A stretch of 64,000 nt of DNA from Trichoplax adhaerens (Eukaryota; Animalia; Placozoa). Made by a program: the position numbers and the translations under genes. Where the stretch lies: positions 248,001 through 312,000 of the forward strand of contig NW_002060978.1 of assembly GCF_000150275.1 (NCBI RefSeq). The letters are read 5' to 3'. Under the pieces are notes generated by a model. That model searched no databases, was not told the DNA's origin, and saw only the letters and a program-made list of their open reading frames with translations. Every line of letters begins with the position of its first letter. Within the stretch, counting starts at the first letter, position 1. Below, piece after piece: positions 48,671 to 62,900 of the stretch.

Positions 48671-49552
48671 ACAAGTTATCATATATAGGTGTCCCAGGGG
48701 TGGCGATGATTGAGCTATGTTCTCTTTTCCATCTATGCTTATATAGTAATATAGATATCGGGTTATCTTATTTGAATGATCAACTGTAAAATAATCCAAT
48801 AGAAGTTAAAGTTGGTTCACCGATAACCTTAGTTTATTATCTTTTTTGGAATGATAGATTGCAGTAATATACATACAAACATTTTAAGGAGGAAGCTAGT
48901 TAAGAATGATCGGTAAATTTATTATTGAATGACGTCAATCCGGGACAAAATTAAATGCGACTTTAATTAAAATTTTATTCGTGGTATTTTTCAAGGACTT
49001 TACATAATCGTGCATGATAGTCTTGTTTAATTTACTTTGTTATTGATATAAAATTGCCGAGAATTTATACATCAAGTTATAATTACTACTGTTCCTTTTG
49101 AATCGATAATAATTATTCGTAATTTTTAAATAATTTACCTTAAAAATTTATAGATTTAAACCATTGAAATCGTTTGCTATTTAGATTATCAATCAATGAT
49201 GTCTAGTTTATTTTTATTTCACAAATGCATGAGCATTGAAGGTATTGTCAGATGCGAAAATTTTTTCGGCTGACATCATCCTTAAGGATTTAAATACTGC
49301 ATTACTGAGAAACATTTGTATATACTAATTGTACTTATTTCGGTACTTACTCTTATTCTAATTTAATTTATCATCGCTTTAACTTACAATGAAAATTTAT
49401 TGTAATGTAATTCATTGCGGCTGTAAGAAATCGTTTCTGCGAAAAATTTGTTAAATTTGAATATTGGATGATATTATAATTGTATTAGAATAAGTAGATA
49501 ATCAGCAACTATTATTATGATCGTGTCAATCACAAATTTAGGCCTGACTCTA

Positions 49553-50691
49553 TTATCGATTAGATAATTCTTCTTCACTATCAGATAGTGGATATTGGCC
49601 AGGAGATCCTTTACTTTCGTTTTCATCATGATCTTGTCCATCTAACTTATTGTCCTTTTTCCACTTTACGCGACGATTCTGGAACCATATTTTAACTTGC
49701 TTCTCCGATAAATTTAACATATTAGCAATCTCAATCCTCCTCAGTCGCGATAGATATCGGCTACTGTTGAACTCCTTTTCTAATTCTAATAACTGCATAC
49801 TGGTATAAGCTGTTCGTATACGCTTAGTTCTGGAAGAATGACTGGTCGATTTCATGCTAGTTTTATCTATGGAAAAGGTTAAATTATCAAGCTTAATATT
49901 AGGTTCAAATCAATTCAGAATGATCAAGTTGACAATTTTAATTCTACTTTAAATGAACGCGAAGAAAAGGCTTTCAATACCTTGCAAGAATTTACTTGCT
50001 TTACAATATGTTAAATGGTCTAACAACAGTATGGCGAAAGATAATTACAATTATCGAAAGACTCTAATTTGAGGAAGTATCATATACACACTTCTAATTA
50101 AATTAATCTATAGAATAAAATATCAACTGATTGGTTTATTAGCATCTAAGTGAAAATAGTCATGATTTTGAATATCGATTGATAACTGAAAATAGAATAA
50201 AAACAATTTTTATCTAGTCCTAACTTCGAACCACTCTGTGACTTTTCGATATTACAGTAGTGTTTATACTATTAATTTAGTAAATTTCTATTGCATTACG
50301 AGATGCATATAGAGGTTATTCTCCTATATTTTTCTGTTCGCTTATAAAATCTTTTACCTGATGCTAAATCTGGATGTTGTTGAGTGTCGGTATTTTGGAT
50401 TCCTTGGAAGGCTGGTAATGATTGGTGATGATGGTTGTCCAATCGATATTGTTGCTGATGGTATATGGCAGGATCGACTATAGGCGATGGCTTTACTAGA
50501 ACTGGCCAAGTGACAGTTGATTTGGGTATACAGACTTGACATGATGAATAATTGGGGTTGCTATCATGAGGCCAAGAGTGATAATTCGACGGCAGATAAA
50601 ATGGTGCCATCATGGAAGAACCGTTAATGATGGCATTGGTTGGATTACCTGGACCGATTAAACTTTCAATTTTAAAAGATGTATTGGCCAT
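49553..50691 (-). CDS. Trox-2: Gsx-class ParaHox homeodomain transcription factor (placozoan Trox-2), 215 aa
   Basis: Exon 1 50691-50358 (G|GTAAAA donor) and exon 2 49866-49553 (ttttccatAG acceptor) total 648 nt. N-terminal TSFKIESLI resembles the Gsx SFxxxSLI motif. The homeodomain [57 protein letters not shown] is diagnostic of Gsx/ind/Cnox-2. Confidence 0.96.
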
Positions 50692-50885
50692 GTTTTACCT
50701 GTTAAATATTGTTATAAAATTCTAGCATAAACTAATTTATCAATGAATCAATTGTGGCAATAATTGAAAATGATGATTAGTGTTTAAACAGATATGGATA
50801 GTAGTTAAAACTTTAAAGTCTAAATTGATGTTAGCAGTAATTAAGTTTAACTATCAATGTTGTTAACTCAGGCGATGAATGATGG

Positions 50886-50923
50886 AATGTGATAATTTTT
50901 TACTAGCTCAGGGCTTTTATATA
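50886..50923 (-). promoter_or_regulatory. Trox-2 TATA box + initiator
   Basis: Minus-strand TATAAAAG (50921-50914) lies 31 nt upstream of TCA(+1) at 50890, predicting a ~200-nt 5'UTR. Confidence 0.55.
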
Positions 50924-53900
50924 CTAGCATGATGTTATAGATATATATAATACATTTAATTGATATGGGAAAAAGAGGAGTGGAAAATAACAATTTGCTT
51001 CTCTGTATTTATAAATACTTTTTATTTTCGTCGCTAATTCTAACAATTAATGAATATTTTAATAATTTAATACCAATTGTCACCCAGGCACGTTGTCAAT
51101 AGTAAATAGACATTTGTTAGTTAAAATTTTTGCAATTATACGTGTATATCTACTTGATTTACATATATTCAATAGACGATAGAACATGCTTTAATGCCAT
51201 AGTATTTACTTAATTCTCTTTTCCAATATTTATCTATATCAAGACTGTCTATTCCTAAAATAGTGAGAACATGATTTAGACTTGTTTCTGTCGTGCAAAG
51301 TCATTTTTATCGTCATCATTAACTTAATTGGCAATGAATGAATCTTTCTAACATTATACGCGTTATTATTCCACCAATTATTAAATAAAAATAATTTTTA
51401 TAAAAATTAAAAATTGACATGCTGTTGTGACAGGCTAAAAAAATCCAGTGATATCATCAATACTATTGGAAACTAGTCATCACGACTAATGAATGTATAA
51501 ATAGGGTGGAGAATAAGAGTATATAGCAACAATTAAGAGGGCATGCAATTCAAGGAAATCCCAAATGGACGGAATATCGATCAAAAAATAGATTGCTATG
51601 ATAATAATAATAACGATAATACAATAAAATGATGGAAGATAATAGTCAATAAGATAAGAATCTACTTTTAAGTTTAATTTCTGATAATAGTTTAAATTCT
51701 TTTCATGAGAATACGTTTATAATAGGTATCACCTGTGCTTTTTATTAACATAAATCAATAGTTGATTCCTTTGCCAACAGTTCTATTATCATTTTTATTT
51801 AATTCATCGATTTATTTATGTATAACGGCAGGTTAATGATAACAAAGCTAGCGGGTCAGTATCAACAAAAATACTGTTCTATTTGACGATTAATTATCAA
51901 TACAAATCCATGAAGGTAAAATAGAGTAAGGATTGAAGAAAGGCTGTAGGTGTTCAATTTTATATCATATACGATGTTCAACGTAACAATCATCGATTCA
52001 AACTAATTAAATTAACAATTGATCTATTTAAATCTAGTAGTATGGTTGTTAGCAGTTGTTACAATTTTAAAGATAAATTATAATTATTTTTATCAATAAT
52101 AACCACTGGCCATTTCGCAGCATTATGGATTGTAATGTGAGCATGAAATAGCCAAGTAATGATTCGCTGTACAATAGATAGTAGTATATTAAGGTTTAAC
52201 TTATAGAGCTACTATCTGATTCGAAATGGGCTAGTTACGTAGACAGAAACTCTATAGACCTAATTCATTGAGAGATAGTTAAATCGAATTTTATAAGGAG
52301 CTTTACCTTAGTAGTTAATTAATCTTTTAACTTTGATAGTAATAGTGACTGAGACGAAGTAGCTCATTGAGAAAATTACTCATTATCTGAAAATATCGCT
52401 GTTACTAATTATGAAATGATAGCTGTGCATAAACGTGACATTTTTGTATTCTCTAGGCCAAAGATATTCGACGATATTTAATATTATCAACGGGTGGTGT
52501 TTCTCACCATCATGATAAAATTAATCGATATTTGTATATATCCTTTCTTTAGTGACAGTAACTCAACTTAGTTTAAAAAGGTATAATTAAAGTTTGATGT
52601 AAGGTAATGATCGCGCATATTAACTATATAGCTGTTTTAGCATAATAAAAATTGAACTATTATGGATCGTCAATACTGAAAGACATCGAATTACTTATAA
52701 CATAAAGCTTACTACATTAACAACATGTAGGATTAATATTTTCGCTGTCTTATGAAAGTCAGACAGGCCGTAACACTTTGCATTACTTATAAAGCAAGGG
52801 TTAATTAAGCAAATAAAGAAGAATATATGGATAACTCAAGGGTAAATATAGCACAGTTATAATAGCAAATGATGCAGGCGTTCAATTGTCTTTATAGAAA
52901 ACGAATCACTTTACATATTTAAATGTCACAGTATGGTTGTGTTTCAAAATTATTAAATTCCACTTTAGTAGTAACATTGTAACCCATCATCACTAGATTA
53001 GTTGGAGCTGGAAGGAACATTTGTTGGCTTTTAATAATGGAATAAAAAATGAATATAGTTAATTTTTGTGGATTTAATATTTGATTTGTTGAGCTTAGAA
53101 ATTAGAACATTCGTCGAGTAGCATATAGATAACTGATCATTTGATTAGTATTATTTCTATGTATTCTATTTCCGAAGCATATTAACAATCTTATTTAACT
53201 GTACGGATAGGATTCAAAGTTGCCTATTTACTATAGTGAAATATCATCAAATTGTAAGAATATTTAGTAACATTTAAAAAAGAGCTATGGTAATTTGTAA
53301 CTGGATACTGTTGGCAGTTTTGATTGTCTAAGATGATGTGGATTAAAGTTCTATAATTAGATCTACTTAAAAAATAATACGTTGGTAAAATAATAAGTGT
53401 TGCGCGAAGTGGAAGTGGTGCTAAGTTATCGTTGAGCAGTTTATCACCTACTGAGATGGATTTAATAATAGTGATTACTAATTCCTGATAAATGCTACAA
53501 ATAAATAGCAGTATTAAATTAATTGTTCTTTATTCCAACTAGGAGAGCGTTTAGCATCATTTTCGTAAAATATATCTTATGCTACCAGACCCAAGTTAAG
53601 AGAAAGCAAGACTCTTGAATTGTTCAGGCTAAGTCCGATTTAGGCAATACGAGTAGGATCTGTTGCTCGTTTACATTTTCGTCTAGCCACTAAAATAAAT
53701 ATTATGATGATCAATTGATTAGACTTTGTTGCGTTGGTAATAAAGGCAAAAATCAGTACTGTAAATTTAATAAACTGTACTATCAATCAGCATTTTAAAT
53801 TGAGATTGATTTCATTAATTTGATGGAGTGATGATTTCAGGGTGAAATTGATCTAAACACGAACATTCTACGTCGTGCAAGAAGAACTTGATAGAATTCA

Positions 53901-55184
53901 AGCTAATAGATAAAGGATAGATTGTATTGAAAAGGAATGACAGCTTGCTAATGCACGCTATAATTACAATATAATATTATCTATAGCTCTAATTGCCTCC
54001 ATAATCAAGATAAGATTGATAGTAGTTGAGATAAGACGTTACGCTTTCTATTGTAATTATCTTTGTCCTAGATAATAAATAACTTTTATAACCAGAAAAT
54101 AACCTCAATAGCTGATGTTGGCATAGAATGAGACTTATTTATCAACAATTTAATTGTTATGTTAATATCATTGAGTTCGATATTAAACAATCGGCGCTTT
54201 TTTAGAATGATCGCATTCGGTTACTCCGTTGTTTCGTTATTTTAAGTTTATTTTATTGTTCTCAATTTTGTCTTTCTTATAGGTTTGTTGTATTACATAA
54301 GCGAGAAGAAACTTTACGTGCCAACATGATCCATTTTTCTCTCATGACTTTAATCTGTACTAAATTCTCGCATTGTATTTAAGTGTAGCTGAATGCAAAC
54401 AAGTTTGCATAAGAAATTCCAATCATACTTTAAGTAAATCGATTAAATTTAGTCACATTAGACAGAAGTCAGCTTGAATAGTCTAATTTGTTCTTTTCCA
54501 ATCTTCAAAGGATTTTATAAAATTGGTTGTGTTACACTAATAAGATGAGTATTGATTACTGTAAGGAGTAAAAGTACATCTATTAATAATCCATAAACAG
54601 TCACTATTATTTTTATCTGTCGAATGGACATACGTAGAATGAAAGGAATGAGATCATATTGTTCACAAGCATCGGATGATTGCTGGATTTGCTTTATTAT
54701 GACAGACCTAGAATAAGTTTGACGAACTAATTGGACATTGTTTTACATGCTGACGACAATTCTCAATGTATGAACAGAATAACGATAATGCAAGACAGAG
54801 GTTTGATTACGGATCTTATCTGTCATTAATAGACTGTGTAACTGTTATATATATCCTGCGGCAATCATTAAAAACATAATCCGGTGCTTTTATAATATCA
54901 AGATAATAGTGCCTAGAGTACTAATGTAAAACCAACATAGATCTGACTTTATCTTCAAATAGCTTTAATAAAATAACCTTAATACTTTTAACCGTAAAAA
55001 CTTTCTCTGATTCATACTTAATGCAATATAATGTAGTAGATATGATATACTTTTAAGGGCGGAATTTCTTTATCTATAGGCTGATCATTTACGAGACCTC
55101 TGCTTTTATATTTAATACTCTTGTAATTCACTTTTCTTCTTTCGTAGTCTGAAGTGTAAATTTAGTTTTAAGAAAGTAGCACTC

Positions 55185-55742
55185 TGTAATGTAACTTAGT
55201 ATTGTGATTGTAGACTATTAGCCATGTTTAGTATAATGTACTGTAAATACTTATCCTAAGAGATATTTGGTAGCTATAACTATAGACTGTAGTGGTATAG
55301 ACTCTATGCTAGAGTACAGATGACTATATACAGTAAGGTGTTGAGCTACTAATAAGGCTATAGGTAAAAAATAGAACTGTAAATTATATATTAGGATATG
55401 GTTAATTCATTGTACTTTGGCTGGTGCGAATAATGTCTACGTAAGTACTGTAGTCGTATCCATATCAGATTAATGATGGTCCGCTGTAAAATAGTGTTAC
55501 TAAGAATAATTTAACTATTTGTAAAATAAGGTAAAAGATTGTCATGCGGATTGTAGCTGCGAATGCTACGAAAAATATAAAAGCATGCAACTCTAGATTA
55601 TTCCGTTAGTTCGCTGTAAAAGTCTTTAGTAGTAGTATTCGGCTAGAGTAGAGCTGTATGTAGTTAATCTTAGTATAAGATTCAATAAAGCTCTTATTTT
55701 TCTAAAATTTGGAATTTCGTTATCTGTATACAGTATATCACA
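55185..55742 (+). mobile_element. Solo LTR, family B copy 2 (558 bp)
   Basis: TGTAATG...TATCACA with a perfect 5-bp TSD CACTC (55180-55184 / 55743-55747). TATAAAAG at 55576-55583 and AATAAA at 55684-55689. Confidence 0.88.
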
Positions 55743-58700
55743 CACTCCAATGACAGCCATCTTTTGCTAATTATTTATCGAAGCTTACAGTAGGATTGAG
55801 ATTCTGTATTATTGATGTTTACACTTATCTTTTACAAGTAGTTCAAGGCTTTATTAATAGCTTGGACAATCATTTCACGATTAATATTTAAATGATGCAG
55901 ATAGTTTTCTGTTCTGGTAAATGGTACATAATAGACCACGGTTGTAGACTCAAACATAAAATGTCTACATTTTATGTGTCCCACAGCTTAAAAATTAATC
56001 AGTACCATTTTATACAACTTTTGTTATCTTTCGATATTATTTCTTGTTTTACAGTTAGATCCTATTATTTCATATTAGTTAAATTTGTATATGGCTACTA
56101 GTTATAATCATTTTTAAATATAACAAAAAATTCAGTCATTAAAGGCTATAAGTAGCATTAATATTTAACTCAATTAAATTATAATGGTTGTTTATTCATC
56201 TTTTAAGGTGAATTTTCCCCATTGTTGTTAATGTTTCTAATATTAGTAATGTCATAGCTCAATTTTAAATGTTTACTATTAGCTCTCTGACTTTTCTTTC
56301 TGTCAAGTTTTAGATAGAGCATATCAAGTTCTATCATTTAGCTTGCTATCCACTGTACTTCTGTTAAAAATTAAGGATGAGAAATTGATACAGAGTATGA
56401 AGTATCGATAACCAAAATTTGTATGAAACTTACCATGATAGTATAAAGCACAATTTTTTTATAAATATGAATGTTAAGCGGGTAATTCTACTCAATATTC
56501 CTTTACAACTACATTAGCTGGTCGGGCTTTATTATAATAAGTGATAGTGAGAATATAAGACTCTTATCTTGGTCGAAGTAAAACTAAAAGCACAGATATG
56601 AAGTTTATATCAATATTTATTGATCATTTTATTATTATGAATTAGCGTGCTGATCCAGCAAATTTATTTTAGCTTCCAGGCTGTTTGTAAATTAGCTTTA
56701 ACGATATATAACATGCTAATGCGCAAGATAGTAGGCCTTAATAGCTTAGGTGAAATATATGCCAAAGTCTTGTTTTCTGTTTAATTAATGTTGCCAAAAT
56801 ATGTAATATTAACTAAAGCATCTAATGATGACCAGTAGCTGACCATTGCATATACGATTTAGGAATGGCTTAAGAATTAACTGTGAATTACCGATTACAA
56901 AATTAATTTGTATTGTATAAGATTGTAAAAATTATATAAAGTGAATTTTAAATTTGTTATTGCCGTACTAATACCAGTAAATTGCCTACGTTGTTCTCTT
57001 TAAACATTAGTCATTTTATTTAAGCGTTAAAAACTATATTTTTGGTACAATTCAAAGTAAATGTCATGGCTTAATAAATATTTAAAAATCTAGAAAATTT
57101 ATACTAGAATTTAAATGAAGTTGTGATGGAATTTGAACCACTATTATTCTAAAATAGCTTAAATGTTAATTTTAAAAATAAATACCACAAAATGATTATA
57201 TGATTTGACAAAATTTTAATTATCATATTGCCAATTAATTTTTAACTTAAGGTCTTCGCAATAATTGTGGATTGAAAATCTGTTCAAGAGGGCGCTGTGT
57301 CTACATGTTAGGGAAATCTTGCCTTCCATAGATCAAAGGGCTTTTCTATATGAATAGATGTTTAGATGTGAACGTATTTGTAAAGCTTTCAATTATTGGC
57401 ATAAACAAGCATGTATATTATACAACTATTAATTGTTAAGGTGTATTAAATTTATAATTATCCAGTAATATGAATAGTTTGGAAGTAATTTTATATAGGT
57501 AAATAACTCAATTTATTTTTATTTTATGAAATAATAATTATCATTCCAGGAAATGTTATCTTTTACTTCAGGAAAATCATACTTTCACTATGGTTTCTAA
57601 TTCAATTCATTCCCTTGTATTTTATTTTCACATAGTATTAATATAAGTTTACAACTAAATATTTTATGTGCTTGTCACAACCCTCACTTGTGGCAAAGGA
57701 AAGTAAAGAACTCTAGTGTAGTTACTTAAAACTTGGGCTATTTCTCCCAGTACTTTCAGTTTCTATGAGAGAAGTATTTGAGAACTCGATTTCTCGGCTG
57801 ATCTCCACAGACAACTGACTAATTATTACACTATTCTTCAAGATATGAGTCTTGCCGTTTCTTGAGCAATTACTTTCTTTATTCTACAAATACACGCGCT
57901 TAAATAGGTTTCTACAGTGAATTCCAATATTAACGAGTGAGAATTCATGCTTTACAAGTTACATTAATTAGTATAATACCATTACTAAATATACATGTCG
58001 ATATTCTCAGACTTAGATAGCTACAAGCTATCAGGTGTTAAGACGCTTAACCTTCATCCATATACAGCTCAATTTTTAGAGATTAACATACCTTATTAAC
58101 CTACAGTAAATTAACTGCTAACAACTTCTATTTTTATCTCATTTCTACCATCCTATTATCAGCTACAAGCGCATTAAAACATAGCACATAACCTTATCTT
58201 ATCTATTCATAAGCATTCATTAATTTACAGTTACTTAATTAGTAACGGCGTACCGTGACAGTGCTTAATAAAGTTATTTGGTAGTTTATTCTTCCTGGTA
58301 AATGTAATTACTACGATAGCTGAATTGAAAGTGCTTATTGAATTTGAAAGATTGCATAACGCTGTTTTAAATGTCTTCCTAGAATGAAAAAAATATTGTC
58401 TAATCATAAGGCAATTAATATTTAAAGATACTGCAGGATTATAATCATCATGATGTTCCATACGTTGCAGTTTCTTTTTGTTTATAAATTGCTTCAATAT
58501 TAGAAAACAGGTTTATTTATTACTTGCCTTATTTGGTAGTGTTATCTTCTCCACTGCTAGATGGAATTTTAATTATTGATGGCTATTTGCGAATATGTTA
58601 ATGAATAATAGATCAACTGGCGTCTGCAGTGAAAGCCAGGGTGAAATTTATTTCCGTCCTGCCTCATAATAGTTTGATATAAATTTAGTTTCTAATTTTT

Positions 58701-59911
58701 GTTCCAATGACCGCATGAGTCACTTTTATATACTAATGTAAGCTATGTAAGGTAACGCAGTAAGAGAGATAATTGAATAGCTACAGATTAACTTGATATT
58801 ATGAGTTCTAGTTGGAAATCAGTCGCAATCGCTTCAGAGGAATAAGACGGTTTTAACTTTTAGACTGGTTGGTAATAACTTTTGAATGCATCTACCACGT
58901 ATTTAAAATCTCATTGGTAAAGATCTGATAGTCATGAAAAGAAAATAAGTTATCTTCATCATCAAATAATTATAATTATTGATGACAGTAACTTGAAATA
59001 TTCTAATGATAATCGGGGCGATTCCAGCAATTTGTAGAAAAACTTAAACATTAGAAAAATACAAGTCAATCGTACTCGATAGATCCTTCTTGATATAGTA
59101 GTACGGTACCAATAAATGACTCTAATGAATTTGTTTGAGTAATTGAATTAGGTAAAACGTTCATAAATGCCTAAAGGTTATCTTAACTATATATAATTGT
59201 CTTACTTAAGTGATTGACATTCTATTGATACCTTTAGGATAATGGTATTTTAAATTCCAACATAAATGGTTAAAAGACATTTCACTAATAAGTGCTAATT
59301 CGGTAAACTTTTACGCACATTACTACTAGAGGATTAAAGTGAAGGTAGATTTTACTAAACTAGCAGACTATCATTAAATATCTGCTATAAATAATTAATG
59401 AACAGTTGACTGAATATGTAATTTTGTTAAATGCAGGCGATACAATAATTCCGCTATTATAAAATTTGCCATCAGGATGCCGTTGTACTTCCAACAATAA
59501 TAACGAATGATGGAAAATTATCAATTTTGTCTTTTCTATGTGGCAGATTTTAATCAGCTGCAACTTTAGGGCCTTAAAAGTATGAATAAGTTCTATTTAA
59601 TAATGTGAATGCTATATGTGTCCTTTGGCTTATATCAACCATAAAAAGCAATAAACATTATTGCATATAGAAATATTAGGCGGCTATGTTCTAAAGCCTC
59701 TTACATAAATTGATATTGCGTAGCATCTTTCGTCTTGAGAATTACAGAATTACTAAGATCAATTAATCTTATGGCTTAAGAGATCGGTAAATAAGCACTC
59801 TTTAAAGTGAATTATGTCTTTAAAAATATTTCTATTTCAATTTTTGATGGGGTTCAGAAGGTATAAACACGTGGATTCATTTAATTTTATTCACCATTGC
59901 CGATAAGAATA

Positions 59912-59961
59912 NNNNNNNNNNNNNNNNNNNNNNNNNNNNNNNNNNNNNNNNNNNNNNNNNN
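59912..59961. other. Assembly gap (50 N)
   Basis: Run of N characters. Confidence 0.99.
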
Positions 59962-62900
59962 ATTTTCCCTACCCATTATTGACAGCTATACTGCTAATCT
60001 ACTATTGCTTTCAAAGTAATGCCAACATCAATGTTATAGATTCTGCTGTATGGTATCTGTACTAAGTTAAAATAGGATTCTGATTATGGATGGACTCTAG
60101 ACAATGAAGTATTTGTCAATTTAGTAAAATTGTAAAGCTGAATTTACTAGTTTGAGATCTTTCAAGATCAAAGATATAATCATATTCTTAAGGCATGGAG
60201 ACAAATTGAACTGTATGCATCTTGCGTCGATGAATAACTTTATTAATAAATTAATATTTGGTAAATTTTAATTCAGCACAACTAATAGTGTTAAACAGTA
60301 TATGATAGCAGATAGAGTTATCAAGAAAAGTTTATAATCTAAAAATTAGGCTTTTCTTATTACATTCATATCGATAGCCAGTCATGATTATTATTGCATG
60401 AATAAATATCGAATGCGGTAGTGGTTATTTATAGAAGGTTGTAGTTCGATACTCGATGAGAAGACCTATCTCCGTATTATTTGAGGTCGATAAAGAATGA
60501 ATTTCCTTTAGTACCACTATAGTTGCCAAGATACTGAACCCTTGCAGAGTTTTCTAACATTTTAAGTTTTCAAGTGTAGTATAATAAGAAAGAAACCAGA
60601 TGCTTTCGAACACAATGTATCAGCCTGTTTTTTACATGATAAAGGTGAGAGTAAAAAAGTTTTTGACAGTGGCTCAAGAATTGATAAAGTGTGTAACGAA
60701 GGTTAATGTATTTTTTATTAATATCTGTTCTTTATTTCATCATACATTTATCACTACTATTAAATCTTCAGTAAAGGAATAAAAATTTATTTCCTGCCTC
60801 ATTTTCAGTTTTAAACATGCTAGAAAGTTACATACGTTTAATTTACCATGCATTCGTAATTCATGGTTGGGAATGAAACGCTCAAAGGTGAGCAGACTTG
60901 CTTTGAAGTGATGTTATCAGAAGTTATGCCTATGTTTATAGCCTGTACAGTATTTTTCTCTGATGATATATTTGAAAACAGAAAGAATGTCTTAAATGTG
61001 TTGCATACCAATTCGTAATAGCTTCGTAAAATTTAGTCGATTTCGTTAACGAAGCTCTTTGTAAATTAGACTGTCTATTTAATTTACGCCTTATTATGAC
61101 TATACAATTGCCTTTCTATAGTGTTTTATGTTTTAAACGAAATTGGCTTAAATATATCGGCCTTATAGTTGTAGTGCGTTCTTATATTGCCGCTCCCAAA
61201 ATAGCTTCACACAGTAGATTTTAGGAAGTCGCTAACGATATGCTTTACATAATTGTAAGATTGAGACTGTATGAAAGATGTCGATTAAACGAAATCTTAA
61301 GAATGTATTGAGAGTGCAGTTGATTAGATAGTCACATTAAATAATGTAGCATTGTTTGGGAATGTCTTATTAAGATAATTGGACACCAGAGCTTATGCCA
61401 GTAATTTGATTCTACAGTTTCTTAATCTTGATTTTGTTAGAAGTAGCAGTTAATGTAATCAAGTGAACACAATAACTTGCCTAAATTTGATCATTTCTGA
61501 TTTTGAGGTGCTTTATCGCACTTCTCTACAACTGTAGAGTTTGTACAAAGATTGATTTTCACGGCGTTTGCATATAATAGTTTAAAAAGTACCAGAATGG
61601 TATCGTACTGAATAAGTTATAAATTAATACCCTACCGTAATTCCATCAAACTTATGCTTCGTTGAAAAATGAAAGTTATAAACCCTACTTGTAAAGTGAT
61701 ATAGCTGCTAGCCAGTAAGGTTTGTGATAATATCCGTATCTTAGATTAGATTAATCTTTATCAATTAGTTTATCTTTTTATTTATTGACGCCATTAAGGT
61801 GTGTCTAGAGTTTATTAGTCTACCTAATATGCAGGTCATATCATTGCTATTCTTATTGTTACTGATCAAAATTTGTAACAGGAAAAGTTAAAACTCCTAC
61901 AGAAACTAAGTTTATGATCCTATGGTGAGATTTGTCCTACTCGATATCGACTTACGGTACGACTCAAAATGTCAACTATCTACTATCGTCAAGAGGAATA
62001 GTAACCACTAACAGCCCTTTAGACAAAGGTGAACCCAAAATTGATTGAGAATTCAGTCAATTTGTAGTAAGTTTACATCACAGTTAATAGAATTATGTAT
62101 TTCTGGATGTTACACCAGGTTGAAGCATATTAGCTATTAGTGGGTTTCCGCTTAATGATATCAGCAAATTAAATTCAGATAAATAGGCAATTTGAAAATG
62201 TTCTATAATAAGTTACTTTTGATAAATCAAAGCTAAATATATTTCATATGCCCAGTCTGTAATACGCGAATAAATCTAAATAATGATTTCAAATGATCAC
62301 TTTAAATATCTTTTCTTTAAATAGACTATGGTAAACTATGGTGTGATTAACGGACACTTGAATTTGAATTTATCTGCGTTTCTTATGTGTTTTATTATAT
62401 CGCATTAAATTTATTAAATAATCGATTTATAATTGGGTGAAGAAGGAATTTGAAATACTGGAAGGGCGACTATAAATCTTAGAAAATGAATTATAGCCAG
62501 ATAGATATGAGTAAAGTAAACTTTAACTAAAAATATGTATGTGTTTGATTTAATTTAGCCGTTTCAAATGAAGAAACCTCCAAAGCATTGTAAGCGTATT
62601 TTATCACCGCGTTAAATGGCATACAGTCGTGTAGTTTCTAGGACTCCTATCGAAGGAGCTGGTCATGTAGTAATTATTATACTGTAGCTACCTGACTTAG
62701 ACTATTCTGTAGTAATTTGAGTCGTTAAGTAAAATATTGAGATATTTAAGAAAAGATGCTACAAAATTAATGGCAATTCATTATTTAAGGACTCATTTTC
62801 AAGAGTAAATCAGTTTTTTGGCTAGATTTTATGTTCTTTTAATTTTTGAATCGTTATTAAGAGCTGCCTAGCTTTTGAGGTAAAATAAGGCGATCTAGAC

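Noticed and set aside
48119-55742. A single LTR retrotransposon that captured Trox-2
   Set aside because: Each repeat has its own TSD (ATAAG/ACAAG and CACTC/CACTC), the outer flanks do not match each other, there is no PBS/PPT or gag-pol, and Trox-2 keeps its intron.
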